Shown here: positions 1-14,349 of the stretch, piece after piece | Layout: each line of letters starts with the position of its first letter | How positions within the stretch are numbered: the first letter of the stretch is position 1 | DNA from: the human T2T-CHM13v2.0 reference genome, Homo sapiens | Direction: 5' to 3' (one strand) | DNA length: 64,000 nucleotides | Assembly (NCBI RefSeq): GCF_009914755.1 | Contig: NC_060935.1 | The notes under the pieces: model-generated | Told to the model about the DNA's origin: nothing | The model's database searches: none | What the model saw: the letters and a program-made list of their open reading frames with translations, nothing else | Made by a program: the position numbers and the translations under genes

Positions 1-239
1 TTGATTAAGTTGCTACACATTCATACATCATTCAGTGAAAAATAGTATTTGAACTAAAGCAAAAAAGACAGAAAATAATTTTGACAGTTCAGAAAACAAC
101 AGAGCTTCTAGGAATTGGGAATTTTGAAGGAATTTTCAAATCTGCCATGTTCTTTACTTCTAAAGCCACTGAAAAGTGATAGAGATTCTTTCATTCAAAG
201 ACCTGCGGTCACCACTAACCTGTGATGATTAATAGAAGT

Positions 240-598
240 ATGTCAGTCTGAATGTTTGCTCCTTTCAAAATCATCAATGAAACCTAATCACTAGTATGAT
301 GGCACTAGAAGGTAGAGTCTTTGGAAAGTGACGAGGTCATGAGGGCAGAGTCCTCATGAATTAGATTAGTGCACTTATAAAAGAGGCCCCAAAGAGCTGC
401 CTTGACCCTTCCACCACGTGAGGACACAGCTAGAAGGTGCTATCCATGAACCAGAACGTGGGCCCTGAGCAGACACTGAATCTAACAGCATAATGATCAC
501 GGACTCTGCAGGCTCCACAACTATGAAAAATAAATTTCTGTTGTTTATAAGCCTTGTAGTCTATGACAATATGCCATCACAGCCCAGATAGATTAAGA
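240..598 (+). mobile_element. MLT1A-type MaLR solo LTR
   Basis: ctgaatgtttg...catgagggcagagtcctcatgaat...cttataaaagaggcccc...aataaatttctgttgtttataagcc...gattaaga follows the MLT1A layout. Confidence 0.8.
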
Positions 599-1339
599 AA
601 ACAGGCATTGTAGACAGCTACTCATTTAAATTTCAGTTCTACCATTCATTTGATTTTAAATGAAACACAGGTAAACTTCTTTGAGTCCCAGTTTGCTTTC
701 CTATAAACTGAGAATAATATCCATTATTAAATAAGAAAATCAGACATGCGGTACATGCTGTTACTGTAACACCTAGGAGTTAGAAGATATCTTGTTATTC
801 ATATTTCTATTTGAATCATGTGGTCATTGTTGAATGGCCATGTTTTAATGAGTCAGGCACATTTTACTTAGCTAACTCTTCCTAAAATTGGAACTAAGAA
901 CTGATTTGAATGCCGCCCATCTCCTCCCACTTTATTTTTCCAAGCGAAACATAAATTCAGTCATATTTATGAGCCCAACCCTGATCCTCAGGTGCCTTGG
1001 GTTACATTACTGGGATCTACCAAATGGTCAGTTTCTATCTGCTCAGTTCACAATCACAGGAAAGAACAAACTCTCTTAGTTATTTGACAATGGCAGAGAC
1101 CAAAGAGAGATTGGACTTTTGGATATATATGTCTACAAGAAACAACCAAAAGAACAGTGTATTCCCAAGAACAAATGACAATCATATCACATAAATAAGT
1201 CAAAAGGAGGAGCTGAAGGGAATAAAATAGAAGGAAAATAAAAGTCAATCTTTATATTACTTATTCTGGGTTAAAAGTGTATGCATCAAAAATGTTTGAT
1301 ACGGTATTTGATTTAGTACTAATGAGTGAAGAGAATATT

Positions 1340-1460
1340 GTTTTCCCATGTATAGACGAGAAAACTGAGATTATAGAGAGAGGTTAAATAAGTTGCTCAC
1401 AAGTTTACATGTACAAAATATTAGAGCTTAAATTTTTACCTGTTTTGTCTCCATAAAAAG
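1340..1460 (-). mobile_element. MIR fragment
   Basis: core-like tagacgagaaaactgaga...gaggttaaataagttgctcacaag. Confidence 0.6.
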
Positions 1461-2373
1461 CCAATGATATCTCTACTAAAGTACATTTTCTTTGCCTTGT
1501 AGTGCTATGTGAAATGACTTGTCAGCTAAGCATGGAACTTAATGGTACAATATATATCATCTTCAATTTCAATCAAATACTTGAAATATAAATTTAGACA
1601 AGGACAAATAAGGTAATAATGCAGCTTAAACCAAAAGTATGGCTGTATAAATTACACATCAGCAGCCACCAGTTATGATATACAGCAGGTGATTCATTAT
1701 AATTCAACTCACCCTTAAGATTTTAGGAAGAAGAATAAGGCAAATCTACCCTTAGCCTGTGTGGTACTCATTAAAATCACAACACTATTTCTTCTACAGA
1801 ATACGTGGTAATGTTTTCTAAGGCTAGTCTGATCAATCTTTGATTTTTCTCTTTAGGAATCTTGGAATTTAAGTAGAGTTATAAATAAGTGAGAGTAGTT
1901 CCCTCAGTTCTCAAAGATTCATTATCTCATTTATAAGGAACATGTTTATTGGATGCTACATTCAACTATGGCTTTTCCTGAACTTTCCCTTTTTGAAAAC
2001 ACAAAAAGCATAAATCTTTATAAAAAGGAGCAATTAAATTGCTTGAACATATAACATGGCTGAAAAAAATTACAGGAAAGATTTTAAAGTACGATTTGTA
2101 CAATTTGTAATATTTTTAACAGAGTTCTGGTATCTACCAATTTGTCCATAAAGAAAAATTTCAGTGAAATATTTTTACACATCTTGAATACAGACTTCCA
2201 TTATATATCTTCTGAAACGGATAAGTGGCTTTGAATAATTTAGTGTCATATAATTTCTAGCAATCCTCATCCTTTAGGATATTGAGTTACAAATGAAGGC
2301 ATACTTATATGCATACATATACATGTATACATACGTGAAAAGAGCAATCTCCTTCTTACAACTGTATATGTAA

Positions 2374-2727
<354 letters not shown>

Positions 2728-3050
2728 AGTAATTCAAACTTTCTAAGTTTCTTTCCCTCACTGTTCATTGTACAAGTTTGACAAGATAATACCCTCTGGC
2801 TTCTAACTGCCTGACCTTTAGGGTAGTTTCCTTTGCTGATTAATTTACTTTGTATAAGCCATCTTAGATCATCTCTATTTCCTAGTGCTATGGGAAAAAC
2901 AAGGTAAAAATGATAAAAAAAAAAAAATAAGCATATGGAGTAATTTTTCATCCTATGAAGACTAGACAATAGCCAATAACTATTCCCTTGATTCAAAAGA
3001 AAATCAAACAACCCTCTCTTCCTCATCCCCGTGGAAAATTTCACCAGTAG

Positions 3051-5229
3051 TGTTATGGGATCCTTGGAGTGTCACTTCACCAGCTGGAAACCTCTGTGAC
3101 CAGTGATGCCTTTGCCCAAGTTTTGCTGTGGCCTGCTGGGCTCATTCTGACAACTCTGCCTGGCAGGCTTTGGTTGGCTTGAACTACCAGCCTGGATCTC
3201 ACACCTGCCAAGGGCGAGCCAGGTGGGGAGCGGTGAGGGGTGTGTGAGCGAGTGTGGGGTCCAGTCACTGAGCATAGCCAGGCATGCCAGCTGCTGCCAT
3301 CGAGCAGGCAGCTTCAGATGCCAGCATGGGCACCAGCTCCTGTGAGGCCACAGCTGGACCAGGCATAGCCAGGAAGCAGGAAGCTTCCACAGCTGGCACC
3401 AGGAAGTGTGATGATGCCTGGAAGCTTGAGGACTCCAGGAACTACGCAGCCCCAAAGACGGAGTCACAGCCCTGGCTCATGGAGCTCCCAGGTCTGGGCT
3501 CCCAGAAGGGTGGAAACTCTTCTCTCCTCTTTATCCACAACATGGTGAGCAAGTGGCGTGTTTCAGCCCTGTTTGTGTTACAGCACATTTAGCCTCGCCA
3601 TTCTGCAGGTCCTGAGTTCTTGTCCTACATCCAGGGAGAATGCGGTACACAGATGAGTGGAGGGTGAGCAAGACAAAGAGGAGTTTTATTGAGTGATAGA
3701 ATAGCTCAGAGGAGACCCACAGTGTTCCAACCAATCAAAGCTACTGATGGCAGTGGCAGCCCATCTAAAGTGGCTGCTGCTGTGGCGCCAGCTGCAGTGG
3801 GGTACAGGGGCAGGCCGCAGGTCCTTAGGTGCAGATGCCCAGGTGGGCAGTCCCTGGAACCTACCCCTGGGAGCCACCACTACGGGGCCAGGCTGTGAGA
3901 ATGTTCAGCTCTTAGCAGAGAGTGTAGCTCAGTTCTTAGCAGAGAGTGTAGTTCCTTTCTGTTAGGCAGGTTGGCTAGATGAGTGTTCAGCTCTCAGCAA
4001 AGAGGGTAGCTCCTCTCTGCAGCTGGTGATCCTGTTGTCTCTCCACCCTCTCCTCAATCTGGCTGACTCCAGGGTTTTTATGGGCCTCAGAGAGGAGGAA
4101 GTGTGTGCTGATTGGTCTATGGGCTGCCAAGGGCAGGCCCAAGGAAAGCACCACAAGTTCCCCCTCTGGTCAGCTGGGCTAGTGGCCCAGCACCCAGGCT
4201 TCAGGCCTTCCCCAGCTCGAAGGTAGGACTTCACCAGGGACCCACTCTCTTCAGCCCAGGAGCTTATCTGCCTCCTGTGGCTGTTCATGGTGCCCAGGCT
4301 GTTCATGCCAAAGGGTGACTGCAGGCCAGCACTGGGCTGTCCTCAGCACCCCCTTGGCCTCCCTCCTGTGCTTGTTTGTGCCCAAAGTCCAGAGGAGGGC
4401 TGAGGTGGCAGGGGGCTGGTGTGTCAGTGCTGCCCTTAGTATGTGCACACACAGTCAGGCTGCAACATCACCCAGGCTCAGCCCTAACTTTGCTTCAAGA
4501 TCGGAGCAGGCACCAACAGTGGGGAGAAGCCAGGCATTAGAAGCAGGCACTTTCAAACCTGCAGGGGAAAGGGGGGGCCTTCCTGGGCCCCGAGAGTGCA
4601 GGGATGCCTGGGTCCACAGCAGCAGCTGGCTGGCCGCAGCTGCACCCTGGGAGCTCCTGCCTGGCTAGCTTGGAAGGGGCGGGGCTCTTGCTTGTCTCTG
4701 GCTCCCACGGGCTCACGCACCTGTCCTGGAGACGATCGTGGGCTCCAGGTCCAGCTCTTGGGAATGTCAAACTTAGTGGTCACCATGATGCGGGGTAGAT
4801 CCTGAGGATATGACCTCAGATGGCCCCACACAGAGCCTCTTTTCAAGGCTCAGGAACTTGGTACCATCAGCCAGGTGGGTGCAGTGGCTGCGTCGCTGGC
4901 CAGGTCCTCCAAGGAGGTGCCACTCCCACTTCTCCCTGCAGGCACCTCAAGCAAAGCCTCAGCTCCACATCTCTGCCCAGCCCTAGCACTCTGTATGAAA
5001 GCACTGGGCCCTACTCTGCCTCAGAGCCCCTCTGTACCCTCTCCTTCATGCCCAACTGTGCTGCCCGCCTGCTGGCAGGTGGCTCAGCCTGGCCCCATAG
5101 TGGTGGCTCCCGGGGGTAGGTTCCAGGGACTGCCCACCTGGGCACCTGAGGACCCGCGGCCTACCCCTTTACCCCACTGCAGCTGGTGCCACAGCAGCAG
5201 CCACTTTAGATGGGCTGCCACTGCCATCA
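3051..5229 (-). mobile_element. MER52-family ERV1 solo LTR containing an internal inverted copy of its own 5' end
   Basis: Termini TGATGGCAGTGGC...TCCCATAACA on the minus strand; 4-bp TSD gtag at 3047-3050 and 5230-5233; minus-strand CCAAT (4111-4115), TATA-like cataaaaa (4075-4082) and AATAAA (3685-3690); GC-rich. Confidence 0.85.
3733..3895 (+). repeat. Inverted duplicate of 5085-5241
   Basis: Reverse complement of 5085-5241 with 7 substitutions and one 6-bp indel (hand alignment). Confidence 0.95.
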
Positions 5230-5711
5230 GTAGCTTTGATTTGTAAAGACTCCTTGCCCAAGCCGCAACTTTTAAAAAACTTGCTTCGGCAAAAGAATAT
5301 TCTAAAACTATTTTCTGAACATATTTTTTAATCAAAAAGTATTTACAGAACAAAGATTTTACATGGAAAATGAAACAAAAATTCCAAATTAATGTAGAAG
5401 ATTATTAATGAATAAGGATAAATATTTAGAAAAATTTCAAACTGTATTTAAATTACTAAGTTTTGCAAAGGAAAGTTGTTAGATTCAGATCTCCCAGCCC
5501 ATACCTATTGGCATATATCTTTAAAAAGATTGAACTTTTCTAAAGCTAAATTTTCTCAGTTGTAAAATGGATTAAATAAACATCAATTGATACTATATTT
5601 GATGGTTATTAATAAACTATAATTGCAACATAAGATTATGAAACTAAATCTTATACATATACACATATATAAAATTGGTTGCATTTCTCTAAGTTTTTGA
5701 ATGACTTATGA

Positions 5712-6174
<463 letters not shown>

Positions 6175-7294
6175 CACTTTTACATGTTTTTGTGAAGCCT
6201 TCTGATTTCTGAAACAGAGGAAACAAACAAACAAACAAAAACATTTTTATTCCATTTTATTGAGGCTTTTTATTTGTGTACTTTTGGGGTTATATGAAAA
6301 AAAGCTTCTAATGCTAACATTAAATTTCTTCAGTGTATAAGCATCCCAATGTAAAACTGAACAATGAATACTGCAAGAGGAAATATTGAGGGGATATCAC
6401 AATATCAAAAGTCTCGCATACCCAGAAATCTCTGAGGAAATTATTTTTCTTTTCATGTCTTCTTAACTATTCTTTTTTTTTCTAAAGTAGTTCTTTGGTA
6501 CTTTGCCCTTTGCTTATATGCAAAGGGTAGAATAGTGATTACAGGAAATAAAGACTCCATTAGCTTGAGTGGTGCTCTTTGGCTGATAGGCATAATATTC
6601 TTAAACTACAGTAATTCACACTACCAGTCTCTACTAATGGAGAATCACTGCATGCATATCTATGAATGTCCTAAAATACTTTTTCTCTTTATAAAGAATT
6701 GGACAGAAACAGGTAGGATATGAAGAATCATTTAAGTGCAGCAAGAAAGCCATTAAGATCATAGTTTCCAAGTATTAAGAAAGAGATAATTAGCCTTGGA
6801 GAAGGGTCAACTTACACTTGTACCTATGTCATCAGCTTACTTCAAATGGGGAAAAAGAGAGATTAAAATGCTCCAACTGATACCTAAAGAATTTCTTTTG
6901 TGGGGAAACACTACCTTCAGAAATAAGGTGCTTGGCAAAGTCTCTCAACCTAGCTAATAACATAAAATTTCAAGTGAGTTTTCCTCGTGTAAAAATGTAT
7001 TTTTCAGATTTGAATTTTAGAGAGTGATGGCTCAATTTTAAAATCCAAAATAATACAAGCAAAAAAGAGATATTAAATAGAACCAGCAAAAGCATAAATA
7101 AAAAAAGTAAAAATATTGTATCTGTGCTTCTTTATACAAATTTTCTGTTTAGGGAATCAGTGAACTCTAAAGTTCCATGAGCACTAATTATTGCATTATC
7201 TACCAGCAGTAATTTATTTCTAAAGACCACTCTTACTTTCTTAAAGCAACACAGGATTGATTCAGAGTTTTGTAGACAGGCAGCAGTGATTCTT

Positions 7295-7604
7295 TTTTTT
7301 AATTTTTTTTGCGGGGGCGGGGTGAGACCAATTCTCTCTTTGTTGCTTAGGCTGGAGTGCTGTGGCGCGATCTCAGCTCACTGTGCAACCTCCACCTCCC
7401 GGGTTCAAGCAATTCTCTGCCTCAGCCTCCCTAGTAGCTGGGATCACAGGCGCCCACCACCATGCCCGGCTAATTTTTGTATTTTTAGTAGAGACGGGAT
7501 TTCACCATCTTGGCCAGGTTGGTCTTGGACTCCTGACCTCGTGATCCACCCGCCTCAGCCTCCCAAAGTGCTGGGATAACAGGCGTGAGCCACTGCACCC
7601 AGCC
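7295..7604 (-). mobile_element. AluSg-type (Sg7-like)
   Basis: attctctgcctc, caccatcttggcc, gacctcgtgatcc; 17-bp TSD aggcagcagtgattctt at 7278-7294 and 7605-7621. Confidence 0.9.
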
Positions 7605-8981
7605 AGGCAGCAGTGATTCTTAATCAAAGTTTACAGCCAACGAAGCAGAAAAGCAGAAACAAACTGACTTAAATTATGAGCTAACTACATGAATTTAACT
7701 CTGCAACTAAGGCTACATCTCCTAAGTTAGATTTAAGCTATGTGAAGTCTAAGCCAGCATCATCATCTACAAGCACAACATTTTCCACATCAAGAAGGAG
7801 AGCACGGATTAGCATCAGCACCAATAACAGCCATAGAATTCCAGACTCACTGATGTCACTGGGACTTCAATGTTTCAGTCATTGCTTATGGAAACAACCT
7901 CAATGATTACAGAAAATATGTTTCAGTAATTGTGAGAAAAACTCATATATGTAGAAAAAATAGGTACCAATATTTAGGGGTTTAAAAGAACATATGAAGA
8001 AAACAATTACTAATACAGCAGTATCCTTATTACCCTGCAAGAAAAAAGGCAAGGGAGATGGCATGACAATTCAGTGTCTCTAATCTTACTAGAAATCTCA
8101 AGCAAAGTTGTCATGGGCTGACTACTCATGGAAATTTCAGATAATAACTATCCCTTGTTTTCTTCAGTTCTTTATGATTTACAGCCATTCACAGATTATT
8201 TCCCTTAAATTTCAAAATCAGGCAGGCAAAATTTTTACATCCATATTCCAATTATATAAATGAATACAAAGAAAGTCAAAATAACTTTCTTAATAGCATA
8301 CAGATGCAAGTAATATATCTGAGGGACTTAAGCTAAGCTCTTTAGACTCCAAAGTGCTCTTTCCACTACTGCAAAATGTAAAATATTAATTTTACACGTT
8401 CTGGAAGCTCAGAGAGTTCATTGTGCATATAACCAATTGTATGTGCCCTGTGACAAACACACAAAAAAGTAGAAATAGTAGGATTATTTTGCTGTAGTGA
8501 AACTTGTGTGTTTAGCAAATAGTAAGGAGGCTTACTATACTTCCTAATAGAAGTATTCATCCCAAAATGGGTTTGTCAGGTAACAAGAAATTGTAATAGC
8601 CATTAAATATTTGCCACTCTTCTAAAATAAGTGTATGATAGAGCAATTGATTTTTTAAGTTAAAAGGGGATTTATTAACATTCTAATATGAATCCTTTAT
8701 TTTTACAGAGGAAGAAACAAAATCATAAAAGGATAAAGTGATTTTTCTAATATGTGTATATTTGTAAACTATTGGCAGACAATGCAATAAGGAAGGGGAA
8801 TTCAAGTCCAGAAAAGACGGATGTATGGTCTGTGGAATTAATATTAATAGTTTAATTAAAAATAATCAGAGTAATATTTCCTGAGGGCTTTTCATGTGAC
8901 AAAATCTGTTATGCTTTTCATGTCTTAGCTAAGAGCAATCATAAAAGGTGATATTATAATATCTAATTTGGAGATAATATC

Positions 8982-9347
8982 TGATATGGTTTGGCTCTGT
9001 GCCCCTACCCAAATCTCATTGTGAACTGTAGCTCCAATAATTCCCACATGTTGTGGGAGAGACCCAGTGAGAGATAATTGAATCATGGGGGTGGTTTCCC
9101 CCATACTATTCTCATGGTAGTGAATAAGTCTCATGAGATCTGATGGTTTTATAAGGGGAAATACCCTTCACTTGACTCTCATTCTCTCTCTTGCCTGCTG
9201 CCACATAAGACGTGCCTTTCACCTTCTGCCGTGATTGTAATGCCTCCCCAGCCATGTGGAACTGTGAATCCATTAAACCTCTTTTTCTTTGTCAATTACC
9301 CAGTCTCAGATATGTCGTTATTAGCAGCCTAAGAACAGACTAATACA
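8982..9347 (+). mobile_element. THE1B-type solo LTR
   Basis: tgatatggtttggc...gactaataca termini; 5-bp TSD atatc at 8977-8981 and 9348-9352. Confidence 0.9.
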
Positions 9348-9439
9348 ATATCACAGACCTAAAATGAATAATATCTTGCCCATTGTCAAAAGATCAGAAA
9401 TTCAGACCTAGCTTTCTAAAATACACTTACACTCTGCTA

Positions 9440-10190
9440 CAGTGGTGGAGTCAGCTTATTTCCAATACTCATCTTCAACCACTTCATTTAACACTTGGCC
9501 AGCCTGAATAGAGACTATATTTCACAGTTTCCCTAGCATTTGTAGTTAGTTATAGGACTAAAATTTGGCCAGCAGAATGAGTGGAAGTGAGGTTTGCAAC
9601 TTCTGTTTACTAACCTGACAGAAGAGACATGCTCTCTCTATCGCCTTTTCCCTTTCCAGCTGGCAGAATACTGGTAAGGTGGCAAGCTATGTTGAACAAT
9701 GTGGATTGGACAGCACTCTAGTGATGACCCAGCCACAAGATAGAGGAGTCTAGTTCTCCACCCTGTATTGCCACCAGATTAGACACAAATTGCTTACCAC
9801 AGGACTTGAGAAAAATATGTCACAGCCTTGTTATACCACATTTTTTTTTTTTTTGACATAGTCTCATTCTGTCGCCCAGGCTGGAGTGCAGTGGTATGAT
9901 CTCGGCTCACTGCAACCTCTGCCTCCCAGGGTTAAAGCAATTCTCCTGCCTTAGCCACCTGAGTAGCTGAGATTTCAGGTACCCACCACCACGCCTGGCT
10001 AATTTTTTTGTATTTTTAGTGGAGACGGGGTTTCACTATGTTGGCCAGGCTGGTCTCAAACTCCTGACCTAAAGTCATCTGCCCACCTTGGCCTCCCAAA
10101 GTGCTAGGATTACAGGTGTGAACCACTGCGGCCGGCCTATACCACTATTTTTAATCTTTCTTGGAGATGTAGGTCTGTATTATAAATAAC
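9440..10190 (+). mobile_element. Old ERVL LTR (LTR33/LTR16-like) interrupted by an Alu
   Basis: ttccctagcatt...tggccagcagaatgagtggaagtga and agccacaagatagaggag motifs. Confidence 0.55.
9841..10137 (-). mobile_element. AluS (Sz/Sx-like)
   Basis: full dimer; TSD ~tataccac on both sides. Confidence 0.92.
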
Positions 10191-10509
10191 AAAACTGCCT
10201 TTTGGTACACAACAGGATGCAATAGATTGTTCAGATCTCTGCAATAGTTTCATGAGACTGATTGAGGTGAACAATCTGACAGCCAATGACACCCAATGCA
10301 ATGTGATGCCCTAAATCTGGTATTTTAAATCATACATTTATCTAAAGAAAATAACTCAGACACATTATGTGGCCCATTCTGCTTTATCCCTCAAAACTTT
10401 TTTTTCTCTTAATTGGCTAATTAACAGTATTTTAATAATAATTTTTAAAAATCTTGGGCATCTCTACCTCCATTCCTTGACTGCTATTCTGAACCCCTTG
10501 CCTGTTTAG

Positions 10510-10720
10510 AGTAATCCTCTGTGGTAATAGAATATTTTATCACACTTATCACCTTAAGTTTTTTGTTTTTGTTTTTGTTTTAATGTCTGGCTGTTTCCTT
10601 GCTACTATAAACTCCTTGATGGAGAAATCATCTTATATCCAACTTTGCATTCTAATTTCCTATAAATGTGTCTAACATATTGTGGGCAATTAGTAAATGT
10701 TGACATTACTTGATTCATTT
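10510..10720 (+). mobile_element. L2 3' end fragment
   Basis: ctataaactccttga...tctaacatattgtgggcaattagtaaatgttg. Confidence 0.55.
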
Positions 10721-11039
10721 ACGAAGAGGCTTTTGACAGGGGTATGTAAAACTAGCACTATACAGAGAAGTGTATGGGATGTTGCAGGTGACATGGACAG
10801 ATAAAGCTAAATAGTAAACTGAAAAAGTTTAATATAATGATGGTATTAACCTTGAAAGCATTAGTTTCATCAGCAATACAGAAATAAAAAAGGGTTACCA
10901 CATTCTGTTTTTGTTGTGGAATTATTTCCAATGATGCATTTCTAAGACAGACTGAAAGAAAGTCATTCTAAGAAAAGTATCAACCTAGGAGGATGCTAAA
11001 AGTTGTGTGTAGAAACCAAAGTGGTAGAGAGGCCTTTGA

Positions 11040-11580
11040 TCAGAAGCCACACTCCTCATCAAAGCTTACAACGTTCTGCAGAATCCAGGGCTGTTACCTC
11101 TCTCCAACATCATCTCATTCATCACTCCTTTGCGTGTGTTCTGGCCACACTGACCTGCTTTCTGTTCTTGGAACACACCAACATTTTGGTGCATTCGGAC
11201 CTTTGCTCCTGCTACCCTCTCCTCCGGTGAATTTCTTTTTCCAACATTTTGCTAGCTCCTTTTCATCTTTCATATTTTAGCTCAAAGGTCAATCTTCAGA
11301 AATGCCTTTCTGAGAAACTATTTAAAGTTTTCACATCCCCTCTCCCTAACCAAAGTTATATTTATAAAATACCATTTATTTCCTTCATAATTATTTTTTA
11401 CAATTTGACAAATATTTTTATGTATTCCTTTAGTTTCTGTCTCCTGCTAAAATGACTGTAAATTCATATCAGTAGGTGCACTGTCTGTCTGGGAACACTG
11501 TAAACACTGTTTACTGTTGCATGCCCATTACCTAGAACCTAACTTGGTAGACAAAATGTACTTAATAAGTTCTTGAAATC
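11040..11580 (+). mobile_element. L2 fragment
   Basis: ccacactgacctgctttctgttcttggaacacacc...ctcaaaggtcaatcttcagaaatgcc...cctagaac...taataagttcttgaa. Confidence 0.65.
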
Positions 11581-11761
11581 CATAATAATCAAGACCACGT
11601 ATTTTGGGTCTGAGGTCTACACCTGACATAAGACTTGGCTGAGCAGTATTTGAGGAATAATGAAAGCAGCATACCGAGAATATGCTGAATGGTAAGTTCA
11701 AAGAAAGAGGCTATAGTGAAAGGTGAGGATTAAGCGGAATGATACTGAGGTATCTGAATAG

Positions 11762-12162
11762 TGTTGCTAACAGATTTGTGTCACCCCCTCTTCACCCCCA
11801 ATTCATGTGTTGAAGTCCTAACCCCAGTATTTCAGAATAACACTGCATTTGGAAATGTAATCTTTAAAGAGGTAATTAAGTTAAAGTAAGGTCATTAGAT
11901 TAGGACAGGTCCTAACCCAACATGACTAGTGTCCCTACAAGAGGAAAGAATTAAGGCACAGACTTGCATAGAGGAAAGACCATGTGAAGACACAAAGAGA
12001 AGAAGGCCATCCATAAACCAGGGCAAAAAGTCTCAGAGGAAACCAATCCTGCTGACACCTTGATCTCAGATTTCTAACCTCCAGAACTGTAAGGAAATGA
12101 AGTTCTGTTGATAAGTCCACAGTCTGTGGTACTTTTTTATGGCAGTCTTAGCAAATAAACAC
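11762..12162 (+). mobile_element. MLT1B-type solo LTR
   Basis: gttgaagtcctaacccc...gaggtaattaagttaaa...cctgctgacaccttgatctcaga...ttatggcagtcttagcaaataaacaca. Confidence 0.85.
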
Positions 12163-14349
12163 AATTGCCTATTTGAAAAAATTATCAAGAGGAAACAGAG
12201 AGTGAAGGAGACACCATGACATAAAACCTAACACTAAGCTAGGAGAGAAGGACCATATTTAAAGCCATGTTCTTTGTAAACTGACACTAGTGGCAGTGTC
12301 TAGAGGGAGAGAAGGGAGGAGAAAGCAAAGGGTAGAAAGGCAAGAAAGGGAAGGGAACATGAAAGAACTTACGCAGGAAGTTGATGCACGCTGAACAAAA
12401 TGTTGGGTGGCCAGTAAGATGATGAGATTAGTGCTAACCCTAGTAAACTGTGCAGTTCATGTACAAAAAGGTAGTCATGATTTCATATTAAATGTAAAGT
12501 GAATGCTAACAACGCACTGGCATTATTTTCTCAAGTTATAACGACAACACAGACATTTCAAAGCAAGAGAGGCTGTTTTAAAGCATTTATTCTTAATCAA
12601 ACACTACTTCCATACTTAGGTTGCAAATTCTCTAGAGTCTAATCACAATAAATATAAAACATCGAGCACCAGGGAATTTTAACTATCTCATCTAACAATG
12701 TAAACACCATACTTACAGAGCACTGTGAAAGAAGAAAGTGTTCTCTTTCTAAATCTGTAACCAGATGTGAGATTATTGGCCTTTGTTTCAACCACAATGA
12801 TGATGGAAAGGAAGAAATTAATTGCAATTTTGATGAATGGAATGCCTGACAAATAATAGTTTTTACCAGATCATTGTTTTCACTTTTTAATTTCTATCCA
12901 GCAAAGCTTTATTTCAATGGTACATCATCGTAATTGCCATTTTTGTAAACATCAAACTGTGCAGGTGCATTAGAAAACTCACGCTCTGCTGTAGATACAA
13001 TGAACTAAAGAAATGTAGAACAGATAATAAAATTGCAAAATTTCTTTGAGCATATGGTGATATGCAGAATGTCTGCTCTAAAAAAGCCTGAAGTGTGTCT
13101 GGGCCTTCCAGTCTGGTAACCAGCCTTATGCAAAAGAGCCTTTATGTTTCAATATTTGACCATTTAATAATTCACCTCCACGCCATTCCCCAGACTTCAG
13201 TTCATCCCACCATATGTGCTTTACTTTAATATTAGGTTTAATGTACTTACATCCTTCAAATAAGCACTTAATTAGATATAGTCACTTAGATTTCTCATGA
13301 TTAATGGTTAAATATGAATTCAGGATGGGTTGGTCCATGAATGAAACATCTTGGAATATATCTTGGGATGCTGTGGCAAAATCAGCATAATTAGTGAGCC
13401 ATGTTATTTCCCAAAAGTTTCTGCCATGAAACTTGAGATTAAACAGTAAAATAAATTTCTAATTCTTTAAGAGTGCATGTGAGTTCACTTACTCCAGGTC
13501 CTGCCCATGTTCCTAGAGATATATTCAATGTAGAAATGTGCATTTTAGGCACTGGAACTTAATCTTTACCTTTATTTCATTAATTCATATATAAACTTAA
13601 AAATCCCTATTCAAGAGTAATATGTTTATTGAGTGTCTGCAAAAAACAAAAGACTGATAATACATGCAAATACTTTAACTTTTTAATAAGTGCATTAATT
13701 AGTGCATGATTCATGCAACTCAGCATCATCTGTAACAAGAAACAAACATTACAAATATAGTGTTAGTTTTTGGTAACCAGAAATATTTTCTACCCAAAAT
13801 TTGTCCCACTTAACTGTTAAGTTGCTAAACTTTCACTATTATTAGTTCACTCATTTGGGCTTATATTGAATTACTTCTTTGTTCTAAAACAATGGTTCTA
13901 TCGACATTCAATCATAAAGTTCCTTTTTATGACTTCATACAATCCTAGCACTGGAAATATACTTAGTAGGATGTACTTAGTCAAACCAATTGTATGCCTG
14001 AACCTCTTCTTCAACCTTTCTGTCAGACTAAAATCTATTCTCTCTTTGAACCTACTGCATGGTTAAGAAGATACTTCAAATGTCAGATAGCTTTTTTTTC
14101 TAATTTTAGAAAAGGAATTAGAAAAAAAAGAAAAAGAAAAGGAATTAGAAAAACATTTTCTAATTTTAAAAGTAATAGCTAAATTTTGCTGTCCGTGCTA
14201 GTTTCTGGAGTGAGATACAGGAAATCTATATTTTTCTACATGATCACTTTTTTAATATTTGGAAATGCCTAGCATGTTCCAGTTTCCTTTTCTCTGTTCT
14301 GAATCAATACGGTTACTTCTTCAAAGGTTCCTTCATTGACATGGTTTCT

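Noticed and set aside
1700-1720. Minus-strand donor-like AGG|GTGAGT
   Set aside because: No convincing acceptor or open frame paired with it.
3072-5353. Dense overlapping ORFs and GC-rich island-like composition
   Set aside because: All lie within the MER52 LTR; the similar ORF pairs are just the inverted duplicate.
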